64,000 bases of DNA from Macrostomum lignano (GCA_002269645.1 NIVC01000020.1:372001-436000), one strand, 5' to 3'. Positions 26,721 through 38,715 are shown, counted from the first letter of the stretch. Numbers and translations are program-made. Notes: generated from the letters alone by a model not told the origin.

Positions 26721-27574
26721 ATGAAGGGTGTCATGTAAAAAATTAAATGCAGCTATAATGCTGTGCTGGGGAGAAAAACTGAGACGTAAAGGCTCTCAGA
26801 GAATAACTGAGATTACGGGGGGGGGGGGGGGTTCTGAGATGTCAAAGCAAAAGTCAGAAGCTACTTCAAAGTTCATGTACTTTACTCAATTTTTTTATTG
26901 CATTCTTTGTTGGCTTGCCACGGGGGGGCGCTGATAGAAGAAGAGTCATGTAAAAAATAAAAGTAGCACTATGTATACATAAAAGAAAAGTCATGTCGAA
27001 GTTAAAAGATTCATTTGGGAATTGCTACGATGTCAAAGCTTGGTGGAAATCGTTATAGTGCTGTGATTCTTAAAGAAGGAATCACTAAAATGTCAAGGCT
27101 TAGGGGAGAAGAATTGCTGAGATTTCAAGGCTTTAGGTTGGGTTAAAGTTAGGTTTAGGTCAGGTTTGGGTTGAGGGTTATATTTTATCGGGTTTCAAGG
27201 TTAACAGAATAACAGGGGATTTTTTAGATTTCAAGGTTTATGGGGGCCATCGCTGACATGTCAAGGCTTACGGGGGGAATAGCTGAGATGTCAAGGCTCA
27301 CGGGGGTATAAATAAGATTTCAAGGCTAAAGTCAGAAGCTACATGTAGTTTATTGAAAACTTTTTATTACATTATTTGATGCCTCCTCAGGGGAGGGATC
27401 GCTGATAAAAAAAGCGTAATGTAAAAAATAAAAGAAGCTTCATGTCGAAGTTAAGAGATTCATTTGGGAATCCCTACGATGTCGAGGCTTGCAGGGAATC
27501 GCTATAATGCTGTAGTAGTGCTATAATGACTCTTAGAGAGAATTAATGAAATTTCAATGCTATATTTCAATGCT

Positions 27575-27646
27575 TTAGGGTTAGGTTAGGGTTAGGGTTA
27601 GGGTAGGGTTAGGGTAGGGTTAGGGTTAGGCTAGGGTTAGGGTTAG
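27575..27646 (+). repeat. Interstitial telomere-like (TTAGGG)n tract
   Basis: About 11 units, some degenerate; a more decayed copy lies at 27130-27180. Confidence 0.85.
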
Positions 27647-27967
27647 AAGGTTGACAGATATTTTTAGATTTCCAAGGCTTATTGGGGGCATTGCTGAGAT
27701 GTCAAGGGGGGAAGTTGATATGTTAAAGCTTGTGGGGGGGAATTACTGACATGTCAAGGCTTACAAGGTTTGACAAGAGATTTTTTAAGATTTCAAGGAT
27801 ACATGTAGCTTATTGAAAAAACGTGTATTGCATTTCTTTGGCTCCCCAACGGGGGGCGTAGATTGCTAGTTGCTAACTAATAAATACTGTCAGACTAGCT
27901 CTCAAGCAAGCACCTTTTCTCACTCCTGCAATTCCACACTTCTGCCTCGGTTAACAAAGTTATCACA

Positions 27968-30499
27968 ATGGCGACGAGTCTGCCCACGCTGGGCCAACTG
28001 CCACCATCTACAAACATCGAGATCTTCCTAGAGCGTCTCGAGCAGTACTTCATCTGCAAGGTGGTGAAGGATGAGGCAAAAGTGGCAACTCTGATCACGT
28101 CGATTGGAGAGGAGGCTTACATCACACTGCGGAGTCTGTGCCAGCCGGTCCTAGTGAGGCAGAAGTCTTACGCTGACCTGAAGAAGCTGCTGACAACGCA
28201 CTTCGCACCCAAGCCTTCAGAGCTAGCTGCGAGGTTCCGTTTCCAACAACGAACTCAGCAAGCAGGCGAGAGCTTCACGGCATTCATCGCGGGGCTCCAG
28301 GCTCTGTCAGCTGACTGCAACTTCGGTGTGTCGCTAAATGAGCGGCTCCGAGACCAACTTGTGTTCGGCCTTCGAAGCGACGCCTTCCGAGCCAAGCTGC
28401 TGGAAGTCGTTGAGGCGACTTTCGAATCCCTGCAAGAGAAAGCGATGTCGCTGGAAGTCTGCAGAGCGTTCGTCCCTGGAGATGTCACAAAGGGCATCGG
28501 AGTCTGTTGCCAATCTGCAATTTGTCAGCGAGAGAGGAAGCCGCAAGCAGGCGACACCTTCAGCGCACCACAGAGGGCATCGGTTCAGCGGCAGCGACAA
28601 CGGCGGCAGCGGCAACGGCGGCAGCAGCAATGGCAGCAGCGGCAACGGTGGCGGTGGCAGCTCATGCAAAAGCTGTGGCGGTTCCCACGAGCGTCATCTA
28701 TGCAAGTTCAGGGACGCCAAGTGCCATGCATGCGGCAAGGTCGGCCATATCCGCAAGGTCTCCCAGTGCCAGTCTACCAAGCAGGCCAAGCTGCACATGC
28801 TACAAGAGGAGCGGATGGCACCTACTGTCGAAGGCGCGTGTGACACCCAGGTGCCCATCTTCGCAGTCCGACCAACAGGCAGCAACGCTGGACCGACAGC
28901 CATGCTGCTCGTCAACGGCCAGGAATGCCAGTTTGTCATCGACACCGGCTCTGCAGTCACGCTGATGCCGCAGCAGCTGCAGCAGAAGTTGCTCCCTCAG
29001 CTACAACTGGCTCCATCGGCCGCAGTTCTGCGAACCTTCACTCACCAATGAACGCTTTCATCCGCGAGGCCAAGCCACAGTCTGCGTCCAGCACAACGCC
29101 CAGCAGCTACAGCTACCGCTGCTTGTAGTCGACAAAGGAGACACGGCGCTGCTGGGACGAGACTGGCTGGCTCACCTTCGGCTAGACTGGCCGACAATTA
29201 TGGCCCAGGTGCACGCCGTGTCGACCGATAACGACATCAGCGACCTGCATGAGAGATTTGCTGCGGTGTTCGAGGACCGACTTGGCGAATATCAACACGG
29301 TAAAGTGCGGCTCAAGGTCGTCGACGGTGCCTAACCTCGGTTCTTTAAAGCCCGCCCGGTTCCGTATGCACTACGAGAGCGCGTGGACGAGGAGCTGCAG
29401 AGACTGGAGGCCAACGGCATCATTTCGGCGGTTAAGCACAGCGACTGGGCCTCTCCGATTGTTCCGGTGGTGAAGAAGGATGGCGGCGTCAGGATTTGCG
29501 GTGATTATACGCAAACTTTCAACCCGGGGTGCCTGACCGAGCAGTACCCTCTACCCAAGATCGAGGACCTGTTTGCCAAGCTGGGAGGCGGCTGTAAGTG
29601 GACAAAGCTCGATCTGTCCAATGCCTTCCTGCAGCTTCCGCTCGCCAAAGACAGCAAAGCCTTCGTCACGATCAACACGCCGAAGGGACTCTACCAGTTC
29701 AATCGCATGCCCTTTGGCATCAAGTGCGCCACTGCGATCTTCCAACGGACGCTGGACACTCTGCTAGGAGATCTCGACTCTGTCCAGGTGTTTGTCGATG
29801 ACATCCTGGTCACCGGGAAGACGATGCGCTAACATAAGAAAAACCTGGAAGAAGTTCTGCAGCGCCTCCGTGAGTCGGGACTCAGGCTGAACAAGCAAAA
29901 GAGCCAGTTCTTCATTGACTTTGTCGAGTATCTGGGTTACCGCATTGACTCATGTGGACTCAGCCCGCTGACGGACAGGGTGGCCGCAATTCAAGACGCC
30001 CCAGCGCCGAAGGACATCAGCCAGCTGCGCTCGTTCCTCGGCATGCTGACTCAGTACGGCCGGTTCCTGCCTAACCTGTCCACCGTAGTGGCGCCGCTCA
30101 ATCAGCTGCTGGCCAAGGACGTTCGTTGGACGTGGGACAAGCCGCAGCAAACCGCCTTCAGCGAAGCTAAGCGTCTGCTGCTCCATTCACCTGTGCTGGT
30201 GCACTACAATCCGGATCTGCCGCTGCGGCTCGAGTGTGACGCTTCACCATACGGAGTGGGCGTGGTGTTGTCCCATCGCATCGACAACAAAGACTGCGCA
30301 GTGGCATTCGCTAGCCGCACCCTGAACGCAGCACAGCGGGGCTACTCGCAGCTCGACAAGGAAGCGCTGGCTATAATATTCGGGCTGCACCGCTTCCATC
30401 AATTCCTCTATGGCCGTCGATTCACGATATTCACTGATCACCTGCCGCTACTCGGGCTACTGGGTGAGCGGAAAGGCATCCCGGCACACGCTGCACGCT
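27968..30499 (+). pseudogene. Ty3/gypsy (Mag clade) gag-protease-RT-RNase H, disrupted; integrase missing
   Basis: PBS TGGCGACGAG; Gag (ERLEQYF, LRDQLVFGL); double zinc knuckle; DTGS protease; FVDD RT; CDAS and DHLPL RNase H. Several frameshifts and stops. Confidence 0.92.
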
Positions 30500-30835
30500 G
30501 CGAGAGTGAATCTGCCAGTGAAGACAAGCGAGAGTGAATCTGCCAGTGAAGACAAGCGAGAGTGAATCTGCCAGTGAAGACAAGCGAGAGTGAAGCTGCC
30601 AGTGAAGACAAGCGAGAGTGAAGCTGCCAGTGAAGACAAGCGAGAGTGAAGCTGCCAGTGAAGACAAGCGAGAGTGAATCTGCCAGTGAAGACAAGCGAG
30701 AGTGAATCTGCCAGTGAAGACAAGCGAGAGTGAATCTGCCAGTGAAGACAAGCGAGAGTGAAGCTGCCAGTGAAGACAAGCGAGAGTGAATCTGCCAGTG
30801 AAGACAAGCGAGAGTGAATCTGCCAGTGAAGACAA
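30500..30835 (+). repeat. 28-bp satellite GCGAGAGTGAA(T/G)CTGCCAGTGAAGACAA, 12 units
   Basis: 336 bp equals 12 x 28. Confidence 0.95.
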
Positions 30836-32393
30836 GACAAGCAAGACTAAAGCTGCCAGTTTAGACGCATTATAACAAATCGTTAAAAAGTAGAGCCAAG
30901 TGAATCGGCCACAGAAAAGGCGCATGAGTGAGGACGCAGGCAGGTCATTTATTATGAATTATGCTGAGTGCCAAAAAGGCGCGAAAATTCCTAGCCTAAG
31001 CAACAGTCTGAAAACCTAAAGTGGACAGTGGGATGACACAATACAGTTGGTGAGATGCAGATAGGCATCATGGCGGTTGTGAAAGGGGCTAAATAATTGA
31101 ATTGCAGACACTGGGGTGATTGTACATCAGAGCCATGGACAGCATCAGCCATCATTGGGTTACCAAGTTATAGTAAATAATCAGACAGGCCCATCAAAAC
31201 TATGCAGAGCAGCCATGCCAGTAAACAGAAAATTGAAATTCAAAGGCCAATGTAGATAGAGACACGGATATAATATAAGAGCAAATGTTCTTGTCATACT
31301 ACTACAACCTATAAAAAGTAGCATGATGCTTTTTTAGAACAAGCAGATTTTTCTTTTTTATAAAGGCAAAGATTTGCATTAAAATAGTATTTGTATACTA
31401 AATTAGTATATCAGATTTATACTAGCTAAAGCTTTATAATAGTTAAGCTAAATATATTGGTATTTGATTTGATTTTGAACTTTAATTTAAATATTTTTGG
31501 ATATAAGTAAAAAGAAATTAATTAGTAAAACCAAATACCAATTTAACTTTCCTAATATAGTTTTTCTATGAATCAAAATATACACATTTTACTACCATAA
31601 CTTGTATGTAAGGTGTAATGTATTCATGTCATTGACATTATGTTGCTTATTGTTAAAGTATAAAGGTATCTTAATTTATGCAATAGATGCAAAAATATTT
31701 GTGAGTAGATATGTTTTTTGCAATTATAAATTAAAAATGCTTAAACAACTCTGTAAAAAACAAATAACATGCCTAATAGACCTATAGCATTAAACATACT
31801 CTATAGTTAAACATATTCTAGGCCTTCCTTAAATAAAAGTGATGTATATCATTTTTGTGAATTAACAAAAACTTTTAGAATATAACAACTAGTAGTATAT
31901 CAAGATGCTATGCTCATGATTCATAGAAAAACTTTTGAAGGCTGATTTATAAAGTATGTTGATTCTTACTGTTTGGAAATATATATAGACATGATTTTTG
32001 GTGAATAGGTATATCACAATGTGTAATTCACTTTAGAAAACTTTCAATTCTTGTCTTTGCTCTATTATGTTACAATATGATCATTATTTGGATCTTCTAG
32101 CTTTAGAAATGTTAGTTAACAATTAAGTGAAAGGATATTAAGACAATAAACTATTACAAATCAATAGGCCTAGATCAAGGGTTAGGCTAGCAAACTCTAG
32201 ATTCTATAACCAGGAAAAGGTACATAACCTTAAAAAGTCCCAACTTGTAAAATTTATATGTACGAGAGGTGTTTCAAAAGTAACAAGAATTTTATTATAA
32301 CTTTTGACTGGATGAAGGTATGAACCTAAAATTTTCACCCAACAATTCTACACATATGAACAACTAATAGCTTTATTTTAAGCCTTATATACA

Positions 32394-32655
32394 CTCAGCA
32401 ACATCGAAAAGTCGCCATCAAAGAAAAGATTCCTTTTTGAGAGGGCAGCAGGTAAAGTCTCTCAATCTTTGCGAGTGACGCAACTCAGCTACGCTGCGGC
32501 AGACTTGAGTTGAGGAATGAAGTGGGGGGAGCAGTGTGCGAGGGTTGGACAGATCAAAGCTACCCCAATCAGTTTTCTCGTATCTTTTATTTCAGAATAG
32601 TCCAAGAGGAATTGCTCACTGGCGCATAGAGTGGCGACTTTTCAACATTGCTGAG
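32394..32655. mobile_element. MITE with about 25-bp TIRs (CTCAGCAACATCGAAAAGTCGCCA)
   Basis: Inverted termini in TA-rich flanks; same TIR family as 59444-59629. A mariner-type end (TACGAGAGGTGTTTCAAAAGT) sits at 32261. Confidence 0.65.
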
Positions 32656-33069
32656 TATAGTAGCTAAATATAAAGCTAAATATAGTAGCTACAAAGCTTA
32701 TATAGTAGCTAAATAAGGCTGAATTTAGGTTTTTAGCATATACATAAAATGTTGGAGTATGTGCATAACAATACCAGTCATCATAGTTGTAGGCCTAGTT
32801 ATAATAGTTGTTCCATCCATGCATATAGGGTGCTATATAATTATAGAATTCAAAAATTAATAAATTGCAAAACAGATTTCCATGTTCTTTATAAGGTAAG
32901 CACTTTGGATTTTTACAAAATGTCTTTATTTGAAACAAATAAGTTTGAAACAAACAAACTTATAGATGTTTGTAATATATATAAAATGCTATACAAATAG
33001 AATTCTGACTTTTTAGTTTTGTCTTCTTTAAATTTAAAAATCAAATCACTAGTATTATAAGTCTACTTT

Positions 33070-33336
33070 TGTGATAACTTTGTTAACCGAGGCAGAAGTG
33101 TGCAATTGCAGGAGTGAGAAAAGGTGCTCGCTTGACAGCTAGTCTGACAATATTTATTAGTTAGCAATGAGGTGGTGGGTGCAGACAGATTCAATCACGT
33201 GCGCATGGGGTGGGGGTTGAATACAATACCATTCAAATCATTAAGCTGGTCAATAGCAATCGCCACTGCTAGTGAGTCAACATTGAGTACGAGTACACAC
33301 AAACTATTTGAAAGTCCATCGTGTCACTATGTCGCA
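33070..33336 (-). repeat. Gypsy 3' LTR (inverted)
   Basis: TG...CA on the minus strand, preceded by the polypurine tract TAAGGGGGGAGA (33337-33348). Confidence 0.9.
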
Positions 33337-33358
33337 TCTCCCCCCTTAGATAACGCCC

Positions 33359-33458
33359 TCACTGCAGCATCAATCTGTCAGGTGGTGCTCGAACTCGATT
33401 CGGGTAGCGCCGGGGTGCCTCGTTAGCAGAGTCAGCCGTGTCTGTCTGTGGCGAGGCC
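33359..33458 (-). pseudogene. Extreme C-terminal tail of gypsy Pol
   Basis: Minus strand reads ...EAPRRYPNRVRAPPDRLMLQ*, typical of the Mag-type Pol tail, just upstream of the PPT. Confidence 0.75.
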
Positions 33459-35826
33459 GCTTGTCTTCACTGGCAGATTCACTCTCGCTTGTCTTCACTG
33501 GCAGCTTCACTCTCGCTTGTCTTCACTGGCAGCTTCACTCTTGCTTGTCTTCACTGGCAGACTCACTCGCTTGTCTTCACTGGCAGCTTCACTCTCGCTT
33601 GTCTTCACTGGCAGATTCACTCTCGCTTGTCTTCACTGGCAGCTTCACTCTCGCTTGTCTTCACTGGCAGCTTCACTCTCGCTTGTCTTCACTGGCAGCT
33701 TCACTCTCGCTTGTCTTCACTGGCAGCTTCACTCTCGCTTGTCTTCACTGGCAGATTCACTCTCGCTTGTCTTCACTGGCAGCTTCACTCTCGCTTGTCT
33801 TCACTGGCAGCTTCACTCTCGCTTGTCTTCACTGGCAGATTCACTCTCGCTTGTCTTCACTGGCAGCTTCACTCTCGCTTGTCTTCACTGGCAGATTCAC
33901 TCTCGCTTGTCTTCACTGGCAGATTCACTCTCGCTTGTCTTCACTGGCAGATTCACTCTCGCTTGTCTTCACTGGCAGATTCACTCTCGCTTGTCTTCAC
34001 TGGCAGCTTCACTCTCGCTTGTCTTCACTGGCAGCTTCACTCTCGCTTGTCTTCACTGGCAGCTTCACTCTCGCTTGTCTTCACTGGCAGATTCACTCTC
34101 GCTTGTCTTCACTGGCAGATTCACTCTCGCTTGTCTTCACTGGCAGATTCACTCTCGCTTGTCTTCACTGGCAGATTCACTCTCGCTTGTCTTCACTGGC
34201 AGCTTCACTCTCGCTTGTCTTCACTGGCAGCTTCACTCTCGCTTGTCTTCACTGGCAGATTCACTCTCGCTTGTCTTCACTGGCAGCTTCACTCTCGCTT
34301 GTCTTCACTGGCAGATTCACTCTCGCTTGTCTTCACTGGCAGATTCACTCTCGCTTGTCTTCACTGGCAGATTCACTCTCGCTTGTCTTCACTGGCAGAT
34401 TCACTCTCGCTTGTCTTCACTGGCAGATTCACTCTCGCTTGTCTTCACTGGCAGCTTCACTCTCGCTTGTCTTCACTGGCAGATTCACTCTCGCTTGTCT
34501 TCACTGGCAGATTCACTCTCGCTTGTCTTCACTGGCAGATTCACTCTCGCTTGTCTTCACTGGCAGATTCACTCTCGCTTGTCTTCACTGGCAGATTCAC
34601 TCTCGCTTGTCTTCACTGGCAGCTTCACTCTCGCTTGTCTTCACTGGCAGCTTCACTCTCGCTTGTCTTCACTGGCAGCTTCACTCTCGCTTGTCTTCAC
34701 TGGCAGCTTCACTCTCGCTTGTCTTCACTGGCAGATTCACTCTCGCTTGTCTTCACTGGCAGCTTCACTCTCGCTTGTCTTCACTGGCAGCTTCACTCTC
34801 GCTTGTCTTCACTGGCAGATTCACTCTCGCTTGTCTTCACTGGCAGCTTCACTCTCGCTTGTCTTCACTGGCAGATTCACTCTCGCTTGTCTTCACTGGC
34901 AGATTCACTCTCGCTTGTCTTCACTGGCAGATTCACTCTCGCTTGTCTTCACTGGCAGATTCACTCTCGCTTGTCTTCACTGGCAGCTTCACTCTCGCTT
35001 GTCTTCACTGGCAGCTTCACTCTCGCTTGTCTTCACTGGCAGCTTCACTCTCGCTTGTCTTCACTGGCAGATTCACTCTCGCTTGTCTTCACTGGCAGAT
35101 TCACTCTCGCTTGTCTTCACTGGCAGATTCACTCTCGCTTGTCTTCACTGGCAGATTCACTCTCGCTTGTCTTCACTGGCAGCTTCACTCTCGCTTGTCT
35201 TCACTGGCAGCTTCACTCTCGCTTGTCTTCACTGGCAGATTCACTCTCGCTTGTCTTCACTGGCAGCTTCACTCTCGCTTGTCTTCACTGGCAGCTTCAC
35301 TCTCGCTTGTCTTCACTGGCAGATTCACTCTCGCTTGTCTTCACTGGCAGCTTCACTCTCGCTTGTCTTCACTGGCAGCTTCACTCTCGCTTGTCTTCAC
35401 TGGCAGATTCACTCTCGCTTGTCTTCACTGGCAGCTTCACTCTCGCTTGTCTTCACTGGCAGATTCACTCTCGCTTGTCTTCACTGGCAGATTCACTCTC
35501 GCTTGTCTTCACTGGCAGATTCACTCTTGCTTGTCTTCACTGGCAGACTCACTCGCTTGTCTTCACTGGCAGATTCACTCTCGCTTGTCTTCACTGGCAG
35601 ATTCACTCTCGCTTGTCTTCACTGGCAGCTTCACTCTCGCTTGTCTTCACTGGCAGATTCACTCTCGCTTGTCTTCACTGGCAGCTTCACTCTCGCTTGT
35701 CTTCACTGGCAGCTTCACTCTCGCTTGTCTTCACTGGCAGCTTCACTCTCGCTTGTCTTCACTGGCAGATTCACTCTTGCTTATCTTCACTGGCAGCTTC
35801 ACTCTCGCTTGTCTTCACTGGCAGCT
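33459..35826 (-). repeat. The same 28-bp satellite, inverted, about 84 units
   Basis: Reverse complement of the 30500-30835 unit. Confidence 0.95.
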
Positions 35827-36768
35827 CCATAGCCTGTTGCCACGGCACTAGACAGCCCAGTCTTTGTCTCCACTTAATGTCGTATCAGGCGTGCACTGCG
35901 TCTCAATTGCATGCAATCGGTACGAGCCTAAGAGGTCTTCTGATTTGGGCGAGGCATTGCGTGACTGAGAGTCCATCCATAATTTGATTTGCTTCTCGGA
36001 GGTGCCGCACTCTGGCGGGCAATGTTCTCAATAAAATTCAATGCTTATAATAGCCTACTGATCTGAGAACAGTGGGATGTTAAACTGGTGACAACTGCTT
36101 ATTGAGCTCACTGTTTGTGCACCTGTCATCTGCCCCGCTATCTTTGCTGCGCTGTTGACTGGAATTATTGTTTATTTGCTTGGGCCGTCATGCGCAGCTT
36201 TTGTGCTCCCTCGTGCCGAGTCCCGTCTTTCCATCCGGGGCTTCCTGCCTCCTTCATAAGCCTTGGCTTTTTATAATCGGGCCGCTGTGTTTGCGGCGTG
36301 TCTGCAGGATGCCGGGCTAGCGGCTTGCAAGGAGCGGGAGTGAGGGGACTGCGCCAGTGCAGGGCAGGGCCGCACGGCTTTGGCATTGGCTCTGCCGGCC
36401 TGGCATGGGCAGCTGGCTGGGGTTGAGGAAGCGAGCGTATTTGCATACATGGCGTGAGGACCCAGGGCTTGCTGCGCCCACGGGAGCTGACAGCCGACGA
36501 TCTCCCAGTCTCGCTCAGTCACTCAGGTTCTCAGCCTCAGCTTCTGCTCTGGCATGCCCGCTTATCCAGCCAAAGTCAGGCAAATCCAAAACCGCTGAGG
36601 CACCGGAAAATCCCCGCCGACTGTTATTCGACATACGAGAGAGGACTGTGCATCTCTGCGGCTTGGCGAGCAGATGGGCTGAGCTGACCTGAGCGACTCC
36701 TTGCCCTGTCCTCTCCTGCTTTAAGAGAGCCAGCGCTAAGTATTGACTGCTCATCCCACACTAAACAA

Positions 36769-38715
36769 ATGGCCGATGAAGCAGCAGCGATTACCTCGGA
36801 GTCTGCATTATTTGCTGCCTCGGCGTCTCCTGATTCTCTAGTCGACTGTCGGCGCGCTCTAATCGCCTCTGGCGCCCTTGCTAAGCCGCCGCACGAGGCC
36901 GCGGCGTCCGCGCTGCTGCGAGTCCTCAGTCGGGCCAAGCGCCGACAGCGCGGCGGAAGCGGCGACGCCAATCGGGGAAGCCAAAATGGCGGAGATTCTC
37001 CGTCGGAGCCTCTTGTGACGCCGCCAACGCCGGTGCCGGCTGGCTGCACGGACCCGGTCTGCTTCAAGCAGGCCTACTGGACGCGGGCTGCGGCGCCGCT
37101 AAAGCAACCGTTGCTCATTCACACCTCCGAGACGGCGCGCTCCGCTGCTGTAAAATTCTCCGCGGCAATTCACCTGGTTGAGCGGGCCGCCACCCTGGAC
37201 GAATCCGCTGTGGTTCGAACTGTGCAGGCGGTGCTGCAGCGCTGCCTTGACTCGGACCGCCTCACCAGCGAGCTCTTTCTGCAGCTCGTGCGCCAAACAA
37301 GCTGCGAATCGTCAGGCAGTCATCCGCCCACAACGCCCCGACCGCACCAGCTCCTCTGCGCAGCCTGTGCCATCCTCAGACCGGCCTGGGAGCCAGTCCT
37401 GCGACTTCTCCGCTGCCACCTGGCTCACCTGTCTAGGCAGCAGCCGTCAGGTGACCCGGCTCTCTGCGCGCAGTTTTGCCTCGCCTGCCTCGCCAGACCT
37501 GCCCGGCCTGCCAGGCGGAGATTCCCGCCCTCGGCTTCGGAGCTCGCAGCCACCTTCGCTCGCGCCAATGCGCGCGTCAGCGTCCACCTGTTGAACGGAG
37601 AGACTCGCCAGCTAGAGTTTCACTCCTACCTGACTGGCGCGGAGGCCTCAGCCGCGGTCATCGCTCAGGTGCCGCTGCGGCCCGGCGCCACCGGCTGGTC
37701 TCTGTTTGAGCAATTTCCTGGCGCGCCTGAGCGCTGCACGGGGCCGGCTGAGTTCATCGGCGACACTCTGTTCCGCTGGGAGCAGCACGGCCAGCTCAGT
37801 GGCAGCCTGATGCTGGTCCGCTTGGTGCTGAAGAAGCGCCTCTTCATAGAGCCCTATGTCGACGAGTCTGATGCTGTGGAGGTGTCACTGATGGCCTACC
37901 AGTGCCTCACTGACGTGTTTGAGGCCCGCTTGCCGCTCACGCTGGACCTGGCGACCAAACTTTGCGGCCTTCAGGCAGCCCGGGAAGCCTCCGCAGCCGG
38001 CACCGACCCAAGCCTCGTGCGCCGGATCCTGCCCCGACGCTGGCGCAACCGCGTCCCACTCGACGCTGTTCTTGCAGCCGCCACTGCTGCCGCCTCTGAG
38101 GCGGCCGCCGCCGCCCCTGAAGATGGCCCGGACCGCCGACGTGCCCTCGACCTGCAGCTCCTGGCCGCCTGCCGCTCCGCATCTCCGCTGTTTGGCTGCA
38201 CTGTTTTTCCCACCCGCCTCCACAGCCCGCTAGCGGCGGCCACTGCGGCCATTGGAGACTCCTGCGCTCTCGCTGTCGGCGAAGCGGGCTTGCAGCTCCT
38301 GCCGGAGTCTGCCGTTGCCGGCGCTGATGACAACGATTGCGATGTTGTCGAAGCTGACTGGCGGCGGACGACACCGCTAGCCGCATTCTCCTACCCAGAC
38401 CTGCTCGGATTTGGCTCCGACAGCCGCGCTCAGCTGTCCCTTCAGCTGCGTGGTCAGGGCCGCCTGTCGCTGCACTGCCGCCAGGCCAACCAGGCGGCAC
38501 ACCTCATTCGCGACTACCTGCTAGCAGCGCGCCAGCAGATCGCTTCTGCTTCGGCCTCCGACTCCGCCGCGTCCACCTCGGGTACCAGCGCTGCTTGCGC
38601 TTCCTCCGTTGTTGTGCACTGCAGCGGCAGCAGTCGCCGGCGGCGTCCCGACAACCGGCTTGGCAACGGCAGCAGCAGCCAGAAACAGCTGCCGGAAACT
38701 GAAACGCAACTGTAG
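36769..38715 (+). CDS. MyTH4-FERM domain protein without a motor domain (PLEKHH/MAX-1-like), intronless
   Basis: MyTH4 signature (W...PLKQPLL...ELFLQLVRQT...RRFPPS), followed by FERM-like lobes (VHLLNGET, LVLKKRLF, PLFGCTVF, LAVGEAGLQLL). Confidence 0.75.
   Translation: MADEAAAITSESALFAASASPDSLVDCRRALIASGALAKPPHEAAASALLRVLSRAKRRQRGGSGDANRGSQNGGDSPSEPLVTPPTPVPAGCTDPVCFKQAYWTRAAAPLKQPLLIHTSETARSAAVKFSAAIHLVERAATLDESAVVRTVQAVLQRCLDSDRLTSELFLQLVRQTSCESSGSHPPTTPRPHQLLCAACAILRPAWEPVLRLLRCHLAHLSRQQPSGDPALCAQFCLACLARPARPARRRFPPSASELAATFARANARVSVHLLNGETRQLEFHSYLTGAEASAAVIAQVPLRPGATGWSLFEQFPGAPERCTGPAEFIGDTLFRWEQHGQLSGSLMLVRLVLKKRLFIEPYVDESDAVEVSLMAYQCLTDVFEARLPLTLDLATKLCGLQAAREASAAGTDPSLVRRILPRRWRNRVPLDAVLAAATAAASEAAAAAPEDGPDRRRALDLQLLAACRSASPLFGCTVFPTRLHSPLAAATAAIGDSCALAVGEAGLQLLPESAVAGADDNDCDVVEADWRRTTPLAAFSYPDLLGFGSDSRAQLSLQLRGQGRLSLHCRQANQAAHLIRDYLLAARQQIASASASDSAASTSGTSAACASSVVVHCSGSSRRRRPDNRLGNGSSSQKQLPETETQL

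Larger units (their letters stand above)
24466..27869 (+). mobile_element. Non-autonomous Helitron (3404 bp)
   Basis: Inserted between the A and T of the LTR sequence CACCTCA|TTGCTAAC with no TSD. 5' TC, (CTTG)n near the 5' end, a GC hairpin (CCCC-AAC-GGGG), and 3' CTAG. Confidence 0.88.
24299..27967 (+). repeat. Gypsy 5' LTR in two pieces (24299-24465 and 27870-27967), split by a Helitron
   Basis: Starts TG and ends CA. The joined pieces (about 265 bp) match the reverse complement of 33070-33336. Confidence 0.88.

Noticed and set aside
30500-35826. CRISPR-like array or binary code in the 28-bp repeats
   Set aside because: The units are contiguous with no unique spacers and no cas genes; the T/G dimorphism is ordinary satellite variation.
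33438-35987. Three overlapping ORFs of about 800-850 aa
   Set aside because: They are translations of a stop-free 28-bp satellite; all three frames give the same 28-aa cycle.
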